A DNA stretch of 64,000 nt from assembly GCA_021414235.1 (NCBI GenBank), contig JAIOOV010000004.1, forward strand, positions 36,250 through 100,249. The letters run 5' to 3'. The first letter of the stretch is position 1, and every line of letters begins with the position of its first letter. The translations under genes were made by a program, and so were the position numbers. This document shows positions 43,601 through 52,736 of this stretch, piece by piece. The notes below the pieces were generated by a model that did not search any database, was not told the DNA's origin, and was given only the letters and a program-made list of their open reading frames with translations. This DNA comes from Candidatus Parcubacteria bacterium. GTDB lineage: Bacteria; Patescibacteriota; Minisyncoccia; Phycocordibacterales; JAKFXT01.

Positions 43601-44062
43601 CTAGAATCCCAAACGCTCGGCGAGGAGATATATCCAAGGTTCCTCGTGCTCTACTGCGGGGAGGTATTCCTCCAGGTATTCACGTACCACTTCGGTGGGG
43701 TAGCCGACTACGGGTATTACGATGTATGGCATGAAGCGGCGCTTAGAGACGAGAATGATCTTCTCTTGACGCACACCGTCGGTGACCCAATAGGAGCGGA
43801 GAGAGGGAAAGGGATAGAGGGTGTCTCCCGCAACGATTCCTTCGGGGCTGATTGAGTATTCGATCTCGTGAGGAGGACGAAGTGCGAAGAGGGCCAGGAT
43901 GCCGCCAGAGAGGATGAGGATGATCGCAAAGAGTGCGTCATCGAGATAGATGGCTACTGCGGATCCTGCGATGACGAGGAGTCCTAAGCCCCAGAACCAA
44001 TCCACGCTCCTCGGGTGGTGAGTGTATTCCGGAGCTGACCAGACCAAGCGATCTTCTTCCAT
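43601..44062 (-). CDS. Hypothetical membrane protein
   Basis: 153 aa, 2-3 TM helices (WFWGLGLLVIAGSAVAIYL; AIILILSGGILALFAL). Confidence 0.45.
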   Translation of the reverse strand: MEEDRLVWSAPEYTHHPRSVDWFWGLGLLVIAGSAVAIYLDDALFAIILILSGGILALFALRPPHEIEYSISPEGIVAGDTLYPFPSLRSYWVTDGVRQEKIILVSKRRFMPYIVIPVVGYPTEVVREYLEEYLPAVEHEEPWIYLLAERLGF

Positions 44063-44140
44063 GTTCGCTTAATCTTATCATCCTTCCGCTGTGGAAGAGA
44101 GCGTTGTGGGCTGTAACGGTCGAGCGTATGATGAGCGCAT

Positions 44141-44419
44141 ATGAATACAATAGATACGTGGCCGGTATTGATGAAAACTCTGCCCACTATGCCTCCGTGG
44201 GTGATCGCTTTAGGAACGGTGGTCGTCGTGTGGTTCGTTGTAGCGATGGTGCTCAAGGTGTATGTACTGTGGCATTCGGCGCGTAGGGGGGAGAGGTGGT
44301 GGTTCATCGGACTTTTCTTCATCAACACTCTTGGAATTCTTGAACTTATCTACTTGGCGCGCCACCGCATGAGCTCAACCTCACCAGTAATTCCTCCTGC
44401 GTCCAAAACCTGGCAATAA
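44141..44419 (+). CDS. Small membrane protein, PLDc_N-like (cardiolipin-synthase N-terminal domain family)
   Basis: 92 aa, 2 TM. WWFIGLFFINTLGILELIYLARHR resembles the PLDc_N motif. Confidence 0.4.
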   Translation: MNTIDTWPVLMKTLPTMPPWVIALGTVVVVWFVVAMVLKVYVLWHSARRGERWWFIGLFFINTLGILELIYLARHRMSSTSPVIPPASKTWQ

Positions 44420-44476
44420 GGGTTTCGCCGCGTATACTATCGTCGTCTTATCCGCCCGCAGGGGCGGATTGACCTA

Positions 44477-44561
44477 GGAGGGGTCGGATAGTGGTTCATT
44501 CCAGCGCACTTGAAATGCGCCAAACCGCAAGGTTTCGTGAGTTCGAATCTCACCCCCTCCG
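44477..44561 (+). tRNA. tRNA-Ser (anticodon TGA), long variable arm
   Basis: GGAGGGGTCGGATAGTGGTTCATTCCAGCGCACTTGAAATGCGCCAAACCGCAAGGTTTCGTGAGTTCGAATCTCACCCCCTCCG; anticodon loop CTTGAAA. Confidence 0.8.
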
Positions 44562-44602
44562 CAACGTAATGTCACTGGCCTGTACGAAGATATACTCAAA
44601 TC

Positions 44603-45169
44603 ATGAATACCTTATATTTAATTGGGGGCTCTCCTAGATGCGGGAAGACAACCATTTTTAATTCGTTCATTAGTAAAAAACCGATGATTGCAATTCCAAC
44701 CGATGCAATCAGAGCGGGAGTACGATACCTAAATAAACACAATCGTATCAATTTTTCTGAAGATGAGATTGAGAACAATCTACCTTGGGAAATGATAGTT
44801 GGATTAATCCATCGGTATGACCATAAAAACATACCCCTCATTATTGAAGGGGTCGTGATTACTCCAGAGCGAGTCAAAAACTTAAAGTTGGAAAATTTGA
44901 AATTGCAGGCGGTATTTGTTGGTTTCACCGAAGAAGCTCATATAGAAAAAATAATACAGTATGGACAAGCTGAAAAAGACTGGGTTTATGGCCATATAAA
45001 AAATAATAATGGCGATGATACGGAAATCAGAAAAATGTTCAAAAGTTTACAAGAGAAAAATAAGCTAACCAAAGAAAAAGCTGAAGAGTATGGATTTGGT
45101 TTCTTCTCTCCTGAGAATTTACCTTTCGATGAATACTGCAATAAGGTTGTACAAAACCTGTTAAGCTAA
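44603..45169 (+). CDS. P-loop NTPase / putative kinase in a very AT-rich segment
   Basis: Walker A LIGGSPRCGKTT. 188 aa. Local GC about 36-38% versus ~56% in flanking genes. Adjacent to tRNA-Ser. Confidence 0.5.
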   Translation: MNTLYLIGGSPRCGKTTIFNSFISKKPMIAIPTDAIRAGVRYLNKHNRINFSEDEIENNLPWEMIVGLIHRYDHKNIPLIIEGVVITPERVKNLKLENLKLQAVFVGFTEEAHIEKIIQYGQAEKDWVYGHIKNNNGDDTEIRKMFKSLQEKNKLTKEKAEEYGFGFFSPENLPFDEYCNKVVQNLLS

Positions 45170-45173
45170 GGAG

Positions 45174-45560
45174 ATGAAAATCCTCGGTGTCGATTACGGC
45201 AGCAGGCGTGTGGGTATAGCAATCTCGGATGAGGGTGCGCAGTTTGCGTTCCCAAAGAAAGTGATTCTCGCGACAGGTGATCTCTCGGAGAATATCGCTA
45301 TGCTGGCCTCTGCCGAGGGGGCGAGTGTGGTGGTGATAGGGGAGTCGATCAACTTCGGTGGGGAGGATAATTCTGTGATGGGTGCGATACGCTCTCTTTC
45401 TGCCGATCTCATGGAGCGAGGATTGGAAGTGGTACTTGAGCCGGAATACTTTTCTTCGGCGGAGGCTTCTCGCTTCCAGGGAGAAAGGGATGATATCGAC
45501 GCCTCCGCTGCGGCCATCATCCTTCAGCGATATTTAGACAAACATCAGGATTCCCGCTAA
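45174..45560 (+). CDS. ruvX: Putative pre-16S rRNA nuclease / Holliday junction resolvase-like YqgF (RuvX)
   Basis: MKILGVDYGSRRVGIAISD... RNase H-like; 128 aa. Confidence 0.85.
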   Translation: MKILGVDYGSRRVGIAISDEGAQFAFPKKVILATGDLSENIAMLASAEGASVVVIGESINFGGEDNSVMGAIRSLSADLMERGLEVVLEPEYFSSAEASRFQGERDDIDASAAAIILQRYLDKHQDSR

Positions 45561-45569
45561 TCTGCGCAT

Positions 45570-45938
45570 ATGATTTCCATAGACGATTTTAAAAAGGTAG
45601 AGATTCGAGTAGGGAAGATTCTTTCTGCCGAGAAAGTGACTGACGCAGACAAGCTCTTGCGTCTCTCTGTGGATTTTGGGCTGAAGCTGTCAGTTAACGA
45701 AGACGGTTCGCCTAAGACAGAAGCGGATATTCGGCAGATAGTCTCCGGTATTTCGGCGTATTTTCCCGACCCCTCTACTCTAGTGGGGAAGAACTGTCCG
45801 TTTGCGGTCAACCTGGAGCCACGCATGATCCGCGGACTCGAAAGCAACGGCATGATACTTGCAGTGGGGAACGCAGACGGCTTTTTCTCTCTTCTTGAGT
45901 CCTCCTCAGACACTCCTCCTGGCAGTACTGTGAAGTGA
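45570..45938 (+). CDS. tRNA-binding domain protein (CsaA/Myf-like)
   Basis: FKKVEIRVGKILSAEKVTDADKLLRLSVDFG... OB-fold tRNA-binding signature. Confidence 0.7.
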   Translation: MISIDDFKKVEIRVGKILSAEKVTDADKLLRLSVDFGLKLSVNEDGSPKTEADIRQIVSGISAYFPDPSTLVGKNCPFAVNLEPRMIRGLESNGMILAVGNADGFFSLLESSSDTPPGSTVK

Positions 45939-45997
45939 AGTCTCTCTCTGAGTATTTACGTGCGGTATACTATTAAGAACGCGCCACAGCGTTCCTT

Positions 45998-47125
45998 ATG
46001 GATACTGCGTTCTTTTCTCCGCACAATCGCTTTTTTGCACTTTTTCCGCCACCCTCTCTCCTCGCGGCTCCCTTTGCTGCTGTCTGGTTCTCTTCCGACT
46101 CCCTCGTTCTCATAGAATTCGCTGTAGGTTCCCAGGGACCATATTTTTCGCGCCTCATAAAGAAGGATCTTGCTCCTGGGGTGCTAGAGGGTGGCACTGT
46201 CGTGGATGAAGCTGGACTCGCCCTCGCTCTGCGTGAACTTCAGAGAGAGAGCGGTTTTCGCCGCATACGCCTGGTTCTTCCAGACGAGAAGATCTATCTC
46301 TTTACTGTTGGCGTGCCGATGCTCTCGCCCAAGGAGACGAGGGACAACATCTCTTTCCAGATAGAGGAGAATGTTCCACTGACGCTTGAAGAGTGTGTGT
46401 TTGATTACAGCGTGATTCCTGAGGGATCCATTCATGGTATCCGTGTGCCGCGCCGCGCTGCGGTCGTCGTTCTGGAGAAAGCTATTCTTGACCCATACCT
46501 CCGGGCTGCTACTGCCGCTTCGTTCCAAGTTCTTTCCGTGGAAGCAGAGAGTCAGGCGCTCGCGCGAGCAGTGATACCTTTTGATACTGAGGAGAGTCGG
46601 CTCTTGGTGCATATCGGGAAAAATGGCGCAGGCATCCATATCGTCGCCCGCGGGGTGGTGCAGTACGCGTCCTCTGTTGATATCGGAGAGACGTCCTTTG
46701 ATGCGGCGCTCAAGAAATCTTTCCCTGAGGCGACCCCGCAAGCCATTACCGAGATGAAGCGAGCGCATTCCTTCACTGGAGCACCCAAGGAAAAGGAATT
46801 CGTTTCGGCTCTCGTGGGCAGCGTCTCTGCGCTCCAGGATGAAGTCAGCCGCCGCTATCTCTACTGGCACTCCCGTGAGGAGGTGGAGGCGGCGGCACAT
46901 CCTCCCATCGCCTCGGTGACTCTCTCGGGTGCTCCTGCTGTACTGAAGGGACTCGCCGAGCACCTCTCTGAAGGCTTACGAATTCCGGTAACGATAGCTG
47001 ATCCGTGGATCAATGCGCCACTGCGAAAAAAGGGAGTACCTCCTATCCCTCTGCCAGAAGCTCTGGGGAGAGCCGCGGCCATCGGAGGCGCGCTTCGTGG
47101 ACTCACTCATTCTTTGTATGCATAA
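45998..47125 (+). CDS. pilM: Type IV pilus assembly protein PilM
   Basis: Actin-like ATPase fold (IGETSFDAAL...). 375 aa. Followed by overlapping pilN- and pilO-like genes. Confidence 0.75.
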   Translation: MDTAFFSPHNRFFALFPPPSLLAAPFAAVWFSSDSLVLIEFAVGSQGPYFSRLIKKDLAPGVLEGGTVVDEAGLALALRELQRESGFRRIRLVLPDEKIYLFTVGVPMLSPKETRDNISFQIEENVPLTLEECVFDYSVIPEGSIHGIRVPRRAAVVVLEKAILDPYLRAATAASFQVLSVEAESQALARAVIPFDTEESRLLVHIGKNGAGIHIVARGVVQYASSVDIGETSFDAALKKSFPEATPQAITEMKRAHSFTGAPKEKEFVSALVGSVSALQDEVSRRYLYWHSREEVEAAAHPPIASVTLSGAPAVLKGLAEHLSEGLRIPVTIADPWINAPLRKKGVPPIPLPEALGRAAAIGGALRGLTHSLYA

Positions 47126-47639
47126 TCTTCTTCCTGAAAAAGAAAAGAGCGCAGTGTCCACTGATTATATCCTCCGTCTCGCGACGGCCGGTTTCCTTGG
47201 ATTAGGTGCCGTAGCTTTTGCGGGCATACTCCTCCTTCTTCCTGCATACGGATACCTCTCTGCTCGCGCAGAGATCGCTGCGACCACTTCTCCTTCCTTA
47301 CTTGTTGAGAAGATCCTCGGCGAGGAGGCGGCACTCCGTCTCACTAAGGAGATGCTCTCGCTCGTTCCGCCAGAGGGTGGAAACCTCTCTCCGAGTAATG
47401 TGCTCTTACGCTTGCGTGCGTCGGTAGCTTCTACTCAGGGTATCAATCTGACCTTCATTGGCTATCAGGCTGCTGGAGGTGTTTCTGTTCGGGGAGTCGC
47501 GCAGACACGGGATGCTCTCATTGCCTTCGGCAAAGTGCTCAAGGCTGATCCCGTGCTTTCCGACATCTCCATACCTGTCGAACTTCTGGCTAAGAGTCGG
47601 GATATTACTTTCGAGCTCCGTGGCACGATAAAATACTGA
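47118..47639 (+). CDS. Type IV pilus assembly protein PilN-like
   Basis: N-terminal TM (LATAGFLGLGAVAFAGILLLL) and periplasmic domain. Start overlaps the pilM stop. Confidence 0.6.
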   Translation: MHNLLPEKEKSAVSTDYILRLATAGFLGLGAVAFAGILLLLPAYGYLSARAEIAATTSPSLLVEKILGEEAALRLTKEMLSLVPPEGGNLSPSNVLLRLRASVASTQGINLTFIGYQAAGGVSVRGVAQTRDALIAFGKVLKADPVLSDISIPVELLAKSRDITFELRGTIKY

Positions 47640-47640
47640 T

Positions 47641-48183
47641 ATGAAGCGAACCTCATTCATATGCATCGGGGCCCTGCTCTTCGCTCTCGCGACTTCCTTT
47701 GGGTATCTGTGGACCTATCAACGCCTCGATCTAATGCGCTCCGGGGTCTTTCTTCGTGAGAGTGCGGCGAGTGAACAGAAGCTTCAAGAATCTCGAGGTG
47801 GTGGTGTGCGTCAGCTCTTTGCCTCTACGATGCTCGAACGCGCCACTCTTGAGCAGTATTTTGTGCACCAAGATGAAGTCGCGGGGATCGTAAGTCGTCT
47901 GGAGAAGCTCGGTGCCGAGAGCGGAGTAGTAGCTGAAGTGAGTGGTATCGGAATCGAAGGGGGAAGCTCTTCTAAGCTCGAGGGCGGCGTGCGTTCTGTA
48001 GATATTACCCTTCAAGGTGTCGGCACACGTGCTGCTGCTGAGGATTTCCTGAGACGTCTTGAACTCTTCCCGCAGGTACTCTCTGTAAAGGAGGTGAGTC
48101 TGGAGAAATTGGTGAACCTCGAAACCAGGGGAGAGAAGTGGAGGCTTGCGGCAAGCCTCCGTATTGGAGTCATTCATCAATGA
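47641..48183 (+). CDS. Type IV pilus assembly protein PilO-like
   Basis: N-terminal TM, coiled coil, then a ferredoxin-like C-terminal domain. Starts 1 nt after pilN. Confidence 0.5.
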   Translation: MKRTSFICIGALLFALATSFGYLWTYQRLDLMRSGVFLRESAASEQKLQESRGGGVRQLFASTMLERATLEQYFVHQDEVAGIVSRLEKLGAESGVVAEVSGIGIEGGSSSKLEGGVRSVDITLQGVGTRAAAEDFLRRLELFPQVLSVKEVSLEKLVNLETRGEKWRLAASLRIGVIHQ

Positions 48184-48437
48184 ATATGAGATTCTCATCA
48201 ACAGAACTCTTTGCTTCCATCAATCCGTACCGTGATTGGTTTCTGGTTCTTATGTTTCTAATCCTCGCCGCTGTCGGCGTTGCGGTCTTGGATGCTCGGT
48301 TCTTCTTGAGTGCCACCAGAGACGGAGGTGGTGACAGCAAGCAGTTCTCAAGTGTTGAGTTCGATAAGAAGGAGCTCGTTCGTGCCACCACTATGCTTCA
48401 AGAGAAAGAGCAGCGGTTCAACGCGTTGAGGAGGTAG
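48180..48437 (+). CDS. Small membrane protein following the pilMNO genes
   Basis: 85 aa, one TM (WFLVLMFLILAAVGVAVL). Overlaps the pilO stop (ATGA). Confidence 0.4.
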   Translation: MNMRFSSTELFASINPYRDWFLVLMFLILAAVGVAVLDARFFLSATRDGGGDSKQFSSVEFDKKELVRATTMLQEKEQRFNALRR

Positions 48438-48509
48438 GCTTGGTGAGGTAAGATGCGCTAACTGCCATAGGAAGAAACCCTATGTTCAGTTGAAAGGAGG
48501 AAGGTAAGA

Positions 48510-48581
48510 CTCCCCGTAGTTCAATGGATAGAACAGGAGACTTCTAAGCTCTTAATGGGGGTTCGATTCCCTCCGGGGGGA
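48510..48581 (+). tRNA. tRNA-Arg (anticodon TCT)
   Basis: CTCCCCGTAGTTCAATGGATAGAACAGGAGACTTCTAAGCTCTTAATGGGGGTTCGATTCCCTCCGGGGGGA. The anticodon loop CTTCTAA matches the E. coli tRNA-Arg(UCU) loop. The acceptor stem has C1-G72 and one U-G pair. Confidence 0.65.
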
Positions 48582-48628
48582 GAGACGAGTATTTACATGG
48601 GTGTGCGGGTATGCGAATGTGGTGTGAC

Positions 48629-48701
48629 GGGCGGTTAGCTCAGTTGGTAGAGCAACTCATTTACACTGAGAAGGTCGGGGGTTCAAGTCCCTCACCGCCC
48701 A
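48629..48701 (+). tRNA. tRNA-Val (anticodon TAC)
   Basis: GGGCGGTTAGCTCAGTTGGTAGAGCAACTCATTTACACTGAGAAGGTCGGGGGTTCAAGTCCCTCACCGCCCA. Confidence 0.85.
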
Positions 48702-48756
48702 CATTTCCGATTCCTTCAGGTTCTGGTACCCTCTATAGTGGGTTATAGGGGAGGTT

Positions 48757-49302
48757 GTGATGACGAGACTCCACGCTGCACCGATGTCCGATGGTCCGCA
48801 GTCAGACCCTATCGGAGCTTTGGAAGATATGGCGAACAGGGAGAATTGGAGTTATTACTTCTCTCCCTCTTTGTTCGCTTCGGATGGAAGAAGTATAACC
48901 ATCGCTCTTCTGGGTCGTTACGGCGATCTGGAGTTTTCCTACGAATGGAACGAGGAAGCGCGCCTGCTCGGTGTCTCCTGCTGTATCGACCCTCGAATTC
49001 CTTGGGAAAGGAGAAAGCAAGTAAGGTCGTTTCTAGATCGTGTCGAGAAAGTTCGTACGTCCATGAAGCGCTCAGGGTCGTTCGATATGAGGGACGACTT
49101 CCTTTGGTTCTGGGAACATCTTTCGCGGGACGAGTCTCCTAAGTCCCCGACTTGGGAGATCCTGATCGCGGAGTCCTTGGCCGACGCTCTCGAGCACTGC
49201 AACGCCTTGATGCCTCTCTTCCTTAAGACGGCTTGGGGGAGCGGCGACTTCAACCAAAAGATCATTCGCTTAGTTCTTGAGGAGGTGAAGGGAACAGCTT
49301 AA
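48757..49302 (+). CDS. Hypothetical protein
   Basis: 181 aa; no confident domain assignment. Confidence 0.45.
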   Translation: MMTRLHAAPMSDGPQSDPIGALEDMANRENWSYYFSPSLFASDGRSITIALLGRYGDLEFSYEWNEEARLLGVSCCIDPRIPWERRKQVRSFLDRVEKVRTSMKRSGSFDMRDDFLWFWEHLSRDESPKSPTWEILIAESLADALEHCNALMPLFLKTAWGSGDFNQKIIRLVLEEVKGTA

Positions 49303-49374
49303 TTCACACGGCGGGCCATCTTCTGGGGCCCGCCGTCATTGCTTTTAAACCCTTCTTCTCGCATCATATCCGCT

Positions 49375-50067
49375 ATGTCTCAAGAAGAAGCTGTAATCCC
49401 GAAGTGTGTAGGTATCATCATGGATGGCAATCGTCGTTGGGCCAAGGAGCAGGGGCTACCGACTCTCGAAGGTCATCGTGCTGGCTACCAGAAGCTCAAG
49501 GATTTCTTGAAATGGAATGACGAGCTCGGGGTGAAGTGCGTGATGGTCTATGCCTTCTCTTCGGAGAACTGGAAGCGCGATCCTAGTGAGGTTTCCTACC
49601 TCATGGATCTCTTCCGGGAAGCACTGCGCAGTGTGGAGGAACTTAATGAGAGGGGTTCATTTCGAATTCTTGGCGACACCTCTCGCTTACCGGAGGATAT
49701 CCAGGACATGGTCAAAGAGGTAGAAGCGCGTACGGCCGGGAAAGAAGGTCTCACGCTCGCTCTCGCCATCTCCTATGGCGGTCGCGATGAAATACTTCGT
49801 GCAGTGAAGAGTATGGTCGAAGAAAAAATCTCAGAAGAGGGGGTGACCGAAGAATCCTTTGCTGCGCATCTCTCCACTCACGGCTTGCCGGATCCGGACA
49901 TGATCATCCGTACGAGCGGGGAACAGCGTCTCTCCGGCTTCCTCCCATGGCAGTCTGTGTATAGCGAATTCTTCTTCCCAAAAACACATTGGCCCGCGCT
50001 TACTAAAGAGGAATTTCTTGAAATGATAGAAACATATGGCAAAAGACATCGCCGCTTCGGCGCCTGA
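49375..50067 (+). CDS. uppS: Di-trans,poly-cis-undecaprenyl-diphosphate synthase (isoprenyl transferase)
   Basis: GIIMDGNRRWA...YAFSSENWKR...ISYGGR. Ends RHRRFGA at TGA. Confidence 0.9.
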   Translation: MSQEEAVIPKCVGIIMDGNRRWAKEQGLPTLEGHRAGYQKLKDFLKWNDELGVKCVMVYAFSSENWKRDPSEVSYLMDLFREALRSVEELNERGSFRILGDTSRLPEDIQDMVKEVEARTAGKEGLTLALAISYGGRDEILRAVKSMVEEKISEEGVTEESFAAHLSTHGLPDPDMIIRTSGEQRLSGFLPWQSVYSEFFFPKTHWPALTKEEFLEMIETYGKRHRRFGA

Positions 50068-50773
50068 TATACCGGTAGTCTATGAAGACGAAGATGTGGT
50101 GGTGATAAATAAGCCGGCAGGGCTTCTGGTGCATCCTGATGGTAAATCCACAGAGCCTACAGTGTGCGACTGGGTGCTTGCTCACTATCCTCAGATGGCA
50201 GGCGTTGGGGAGCCGCTCGTGCTTTCTTCGGGTGTCGTGATCGATCGTCCGGGCATCGTGCATCGCATCGATCGGGAGACGTCTGGAGCTCTCGTCATTG
50301 CCAAGAATGAGAAGACTTTTAATTCGCTCAAGCAGCAGTTCAAGGACCACGTGGTGGAGAAGCGCTACCGCGCCTTCGTCTATGGAAAGGTGATGCGCGC
50401 TTTTGGCACAATCGACCGGGCATTAGGGCGCAGCAAGAAGGATTTCCGACAGTATACTGATCCACTCCATGCTCGTGGCGAGATGCGCCCGGCGCTGACC
50501 CACTTCGCCCTCCTTAAGGCGGGGGAGAAGTTCTCATATCTCGAAGCCTCTCCTAAGACCGGGCGTACCCATCAGATCAGGGTCCACCTCAAGTCCATCC
50601 AGCACCCCATCGTCTGCGACCGAGTATACGCGGGGGATCGTCCTTGTGAGCTCGGCTTCGGCAGGCTAGCCCTCCATGCTCATACGGTCGCTTTTACCCT
50701 CCCGGGAGGTCGCAGGGTTTCTGCGGAGGCCCCTCTCCCTGAGGACTTCCTTAGGGCCGAGAAACTCATCTAG
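50036..50773 (+). CDS. RluA-family pseudouridine synthase
   Basis: VVYEDEDVVVINKPAGLLVHP...HRIDRETSGALVIAKN... No S4 domain. Confidence 0.85.
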   Translation: MAKDIAASAPDIPVVYEDEDVVVINKPAGLLVHPDGKSTEPTVCDWVLAHYPQMAGVGEPLVLSSGVVIDRPGIVHRIDRETSGALVIAKNEKTFNSLKQQFKDHVVEKRYRAFVYGKVMRAFGTIDRALGRSKKDFRQYTDPLHARGEMRPALTHFALLKAGEKFSYLEASPKTGRTHQIRVHLKSIQHPIVCDRVYAGDRPCELGFGRLALHAHTVAFTLPGGRRVSAEAPLPEDFLRAEKLI

Positions 50774-50815
50774 ATCCTGTTGCAGGGCCGCTCCCTGTGT
50801 GTTAGAGTCTCCCGC

Positions 50816-51223
50816 ATGACCAGACTCGGAGTCACTCCGGTAGCCATTGAAGAGCGCAAGAAGCTCGACCTTCGTTCGGGCGATACTGTGCGCGTGTGGC
50901 AGAAGATCGTGGAAGGCGGCAAGACCCGCCTCCAGGCCTTTGAAGGCCTCATCCTCGCCGTGAAGCATGGCGAGGAGATCGGCGGCACCTTCACTGTGCG
51001 CAAGGTAGCGAGCGGTGTTGGCGTGGAGAAGATCTTCCCGCTCTATTCTCCGCTCATCGATCGCGTGGAGGTGGTGCGCCGCGCTAAAGTGCGTAGGGCT
51101 AAGCTCTACTACATCCGCGACAAGGCTTCCCGCGAGATTCGCCGCCAGATGCGCAACGAGCGCACGGTGAAGGCCGTTCCGGTAGCTAAGGCGGAGAAGG
51201 AAGAAGCGTCTGAAGAGAAGTAG
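50816..51223 (+). CDS. rplS: 50S ribosomal protein L19
   Basis: [28 protein letters not shown]...[43 protein letters not shown]. Confidence 0.9.
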   Translation: MTRLGVTPVAIEERKKLDLRSGDTVRVWQKIVEGGKTRLQAFEGLILAVKHGEEIGGTFTVRKVASGVGVEKIFPLYSPLIDRVEVVRRAKVRRAKLYYIRDKASREIRRQMRNERTVKAVPVAKAEKEEASEEK

Positions 51224-51228
51224 GAAAG

Positions 51229-51254
51229 AAAAGAGCCCTCGAGGGCTCTTTTAA
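51229..51254. terminator. Intrinsic terminator after rplS
   Basis: AAGAGCCCTC|GAGGGCTCTT palindrome followed by TT. Confidence 0.6.
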
Positions 51255-51294
51255 AAATAGAGAACTGTATTATAGTAGGACGGTTCTCGCATCT

Positions 51295-51379
51295 GCCCAG
51301 GTGGTGTAATTGGTAAACACGTACGCTTGAGGTGCGTATGCCGAAAGGCGTGGAGGTTCAAGTCCTCTCCTGGGCACCA
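51295..51379 (+). tRNA. tRNA-Leu (anticodon GAG), CCA encoded
   Basis: GCCCAGGTGGTGTAATTGGTAAACACGTACGCTTGAGGTGCGTATGCCGAAAGGCGTGGAGGTTCAAGTCCTCTCCTGGGCACCA; long variable arm. Confidence 0.85.
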
Positions 51380-51381
51380 GT

Positions 51382-51404
51382 AAAGCCGGCGAAAGCCGGC
51401 TTTT
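51382..51404 (+). terminator. Intrinsic terminator after tRNA-Leu
   Basis: aaaGCCGGC-gaaa-GCCGGCtttt. Confidence 0.55.
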
Positions 51405-51460
51405 GCGTGCCTGGGTTCTTTCCTCTTTACGTATTTTCATAACCCTGTAATCTCCTCTGT

Positions 51461-52018
51461 ATGATCATCGGCATCACCGGCACTATCGGAGCAGGCAAGG
51501 GTACCGTTGTCGATTATCTGGTTAAGGAAAGGGGCTTCAAACATCATTCTGCTCGAGCCATGATTCTTCGGGAGATAGAGCGCCGCGGGCTCCCAAGGGA
51601 CCGCGATAGCATGAGACTTGTTGCTAATGAACTGCGCCAGAGTGGCGGGCCTTCTGCCGTGGCCGAAGCCCTCTTGAAGGAGGCAGAAGAAGACGGAGGC
51701 GATGCCATCATTGAATCTTTACGAGCGATCGGTGAAGCGGAGTTCCTGAAGCCTCGAGGAGTGAAGATTCTGGCGGTGGACGCTGATCGTCCTGTTCGTT
51801 ACGAACGAGTAGTGCTTCGGGGTTCCGAGACAGATCATATTTCTTTTGAAGAATTCTGCGTGCAAGAAGATCGGGAGATGGCTTCGACGGAGCCGTGGGA
51901 CATGAATATCTTTGGAGTCATGGAGCGCTCTGACGTGACAATTCTCAATAATGGCACTCCGGAAGAACTTTTTATCCAAGTGGACAAGATGCTTGCTGAG
52001 CTCGGCTATTCTAAATAA
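51461..52018 (+). CDS. P-loop nucleotide kinase-like protein (dephospho-CoA kinase / dNMP kinase-like)
   Basis: Walker A IIGITGTIGAGKGTV at the N-terminus; 185 aa. Confidence 0.45.
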   Translation: MIIGITGTIGAGKGTVVDYLVKERGFKHHSARAMILREIERRGLPRDRDSMRLVANELRQSGGPSAVAEALLKEAEEDGGDAIIESLRAIGEAEFLKPRGVKILAVDADRPVRYERVVLRGSETDHISFEEFCVQEDREMASTEPWDMNIFGVMERSDVTILNNGTPEELFIQVDKMLAELGYSK

Positions 52019-52029
52019 AAATTTTTATC

Positions 52030-52581
52030 ATGCTCTATACCGGGAAAGGGGATAAAGGGGATACGGGGTTTTTCGCCTCAAGTCAGCGGATCTCCAAGAG
52101 TTCGGCTATTGCGGAGTCCCTCGGCTCACTTGATGAAGTAAATTCCTTTTTGGGTTTCGCTAAGCTCAAGAGTAGGGAAGCAGGCTTCGCCCTCTCCTCC
52201 GGGACGCTCTTTGAGGACGTCGCTCACGATCTCCAGCAGAGCCTCTTCATCGTGCAGGCCGAGATCGCGGGTACTCCCATGTCGGTGCCGGAAGCCAAGG
52301 TGCGCCAGTTGGAAGCGTGGATCGGGGAGATTGAGAAAGAGCTGCCCCCTATCCGCACCTTCTTCATCTCTGGCGGAACGGAGCTCTCTTCTCTTTTCGA
52401 CTTTGCGCGTACGCTTGCCCGTCGGGCCGAGCGTCGCGCGGTAGAGGTGAAGGAGTCCGGCAAGGAGCTCGGGGAATGGACGCTCGCCTTCCTCAATCGG
52501 CTTTCAAGCATGCTCTATGCGCTCGCTCGACTTTCGAATCATAAATCTGGTATAACGGAGCAGCCTCCGACGTACCGGTAG
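52030..52581 (+). CDS. ATP:cob(I)alamin adenosyltransferase, PduO-type
   Basis: LYTGKGDKGDTGF N-terminal signature and a four-helix bundle length of ~180 aa. Confidence 0.8.
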   Translation: MLYTGKGDKGDTGFFASSQRISKSSAIAESLGSLDEVNSFLGFAKLKSREAGFALSSGTLFEDVAHDLQQSLFIVQAEIAGTPMSVPEAKVRQLEAWIGEIEKELPPIRTFFISGGTELSSLFDFARTLARRAERRAVEVKESGKELGEWTLAFLNRLSSMLYALARLSNHKSGITEQPPTYR

Positions 52582-52594
52582 GCTTCGGCAACAT

Positions 52595-52667
52595 GGTGCC
52601 TATGGTGTAACGGTTAACACTAGAGCTTGTGGAGCTCTCAATCAGGGTTCGATTCCCTGTAGGCACC
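52595..52667 (+). tRNA. tRNA-His (anticodon GTG) with encoded G-1
   Basis: G-GTGCCTATGGTGTAACGGTTAACACTAGAGCTTGTGGAGCTCTCAATCAGGGTTCGATTCCCTGTAGGCACC. The extra 5' G pairs with discriminator C. Confidence 0.85.
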
Positions 52668-52670
52668 CAT

Positions 52671-52710
52671 AAATACAAAAAGACCCTTTCTGGGGGTCTT
52701 TTTGTATTTG
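52671..52710. terminator. Bidirectional intrinsic terminator (serves tRNA-His and the minus-strand gene ending at 52737)
   Basis: aaatacaaaaAGACCC-tttctgg-GGGTCTttttgtattt palindrome. Confidence 0.6.
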
Positions 52711-52736
52711 AAACGACCCTCTCCTGAGAGCGTCCC

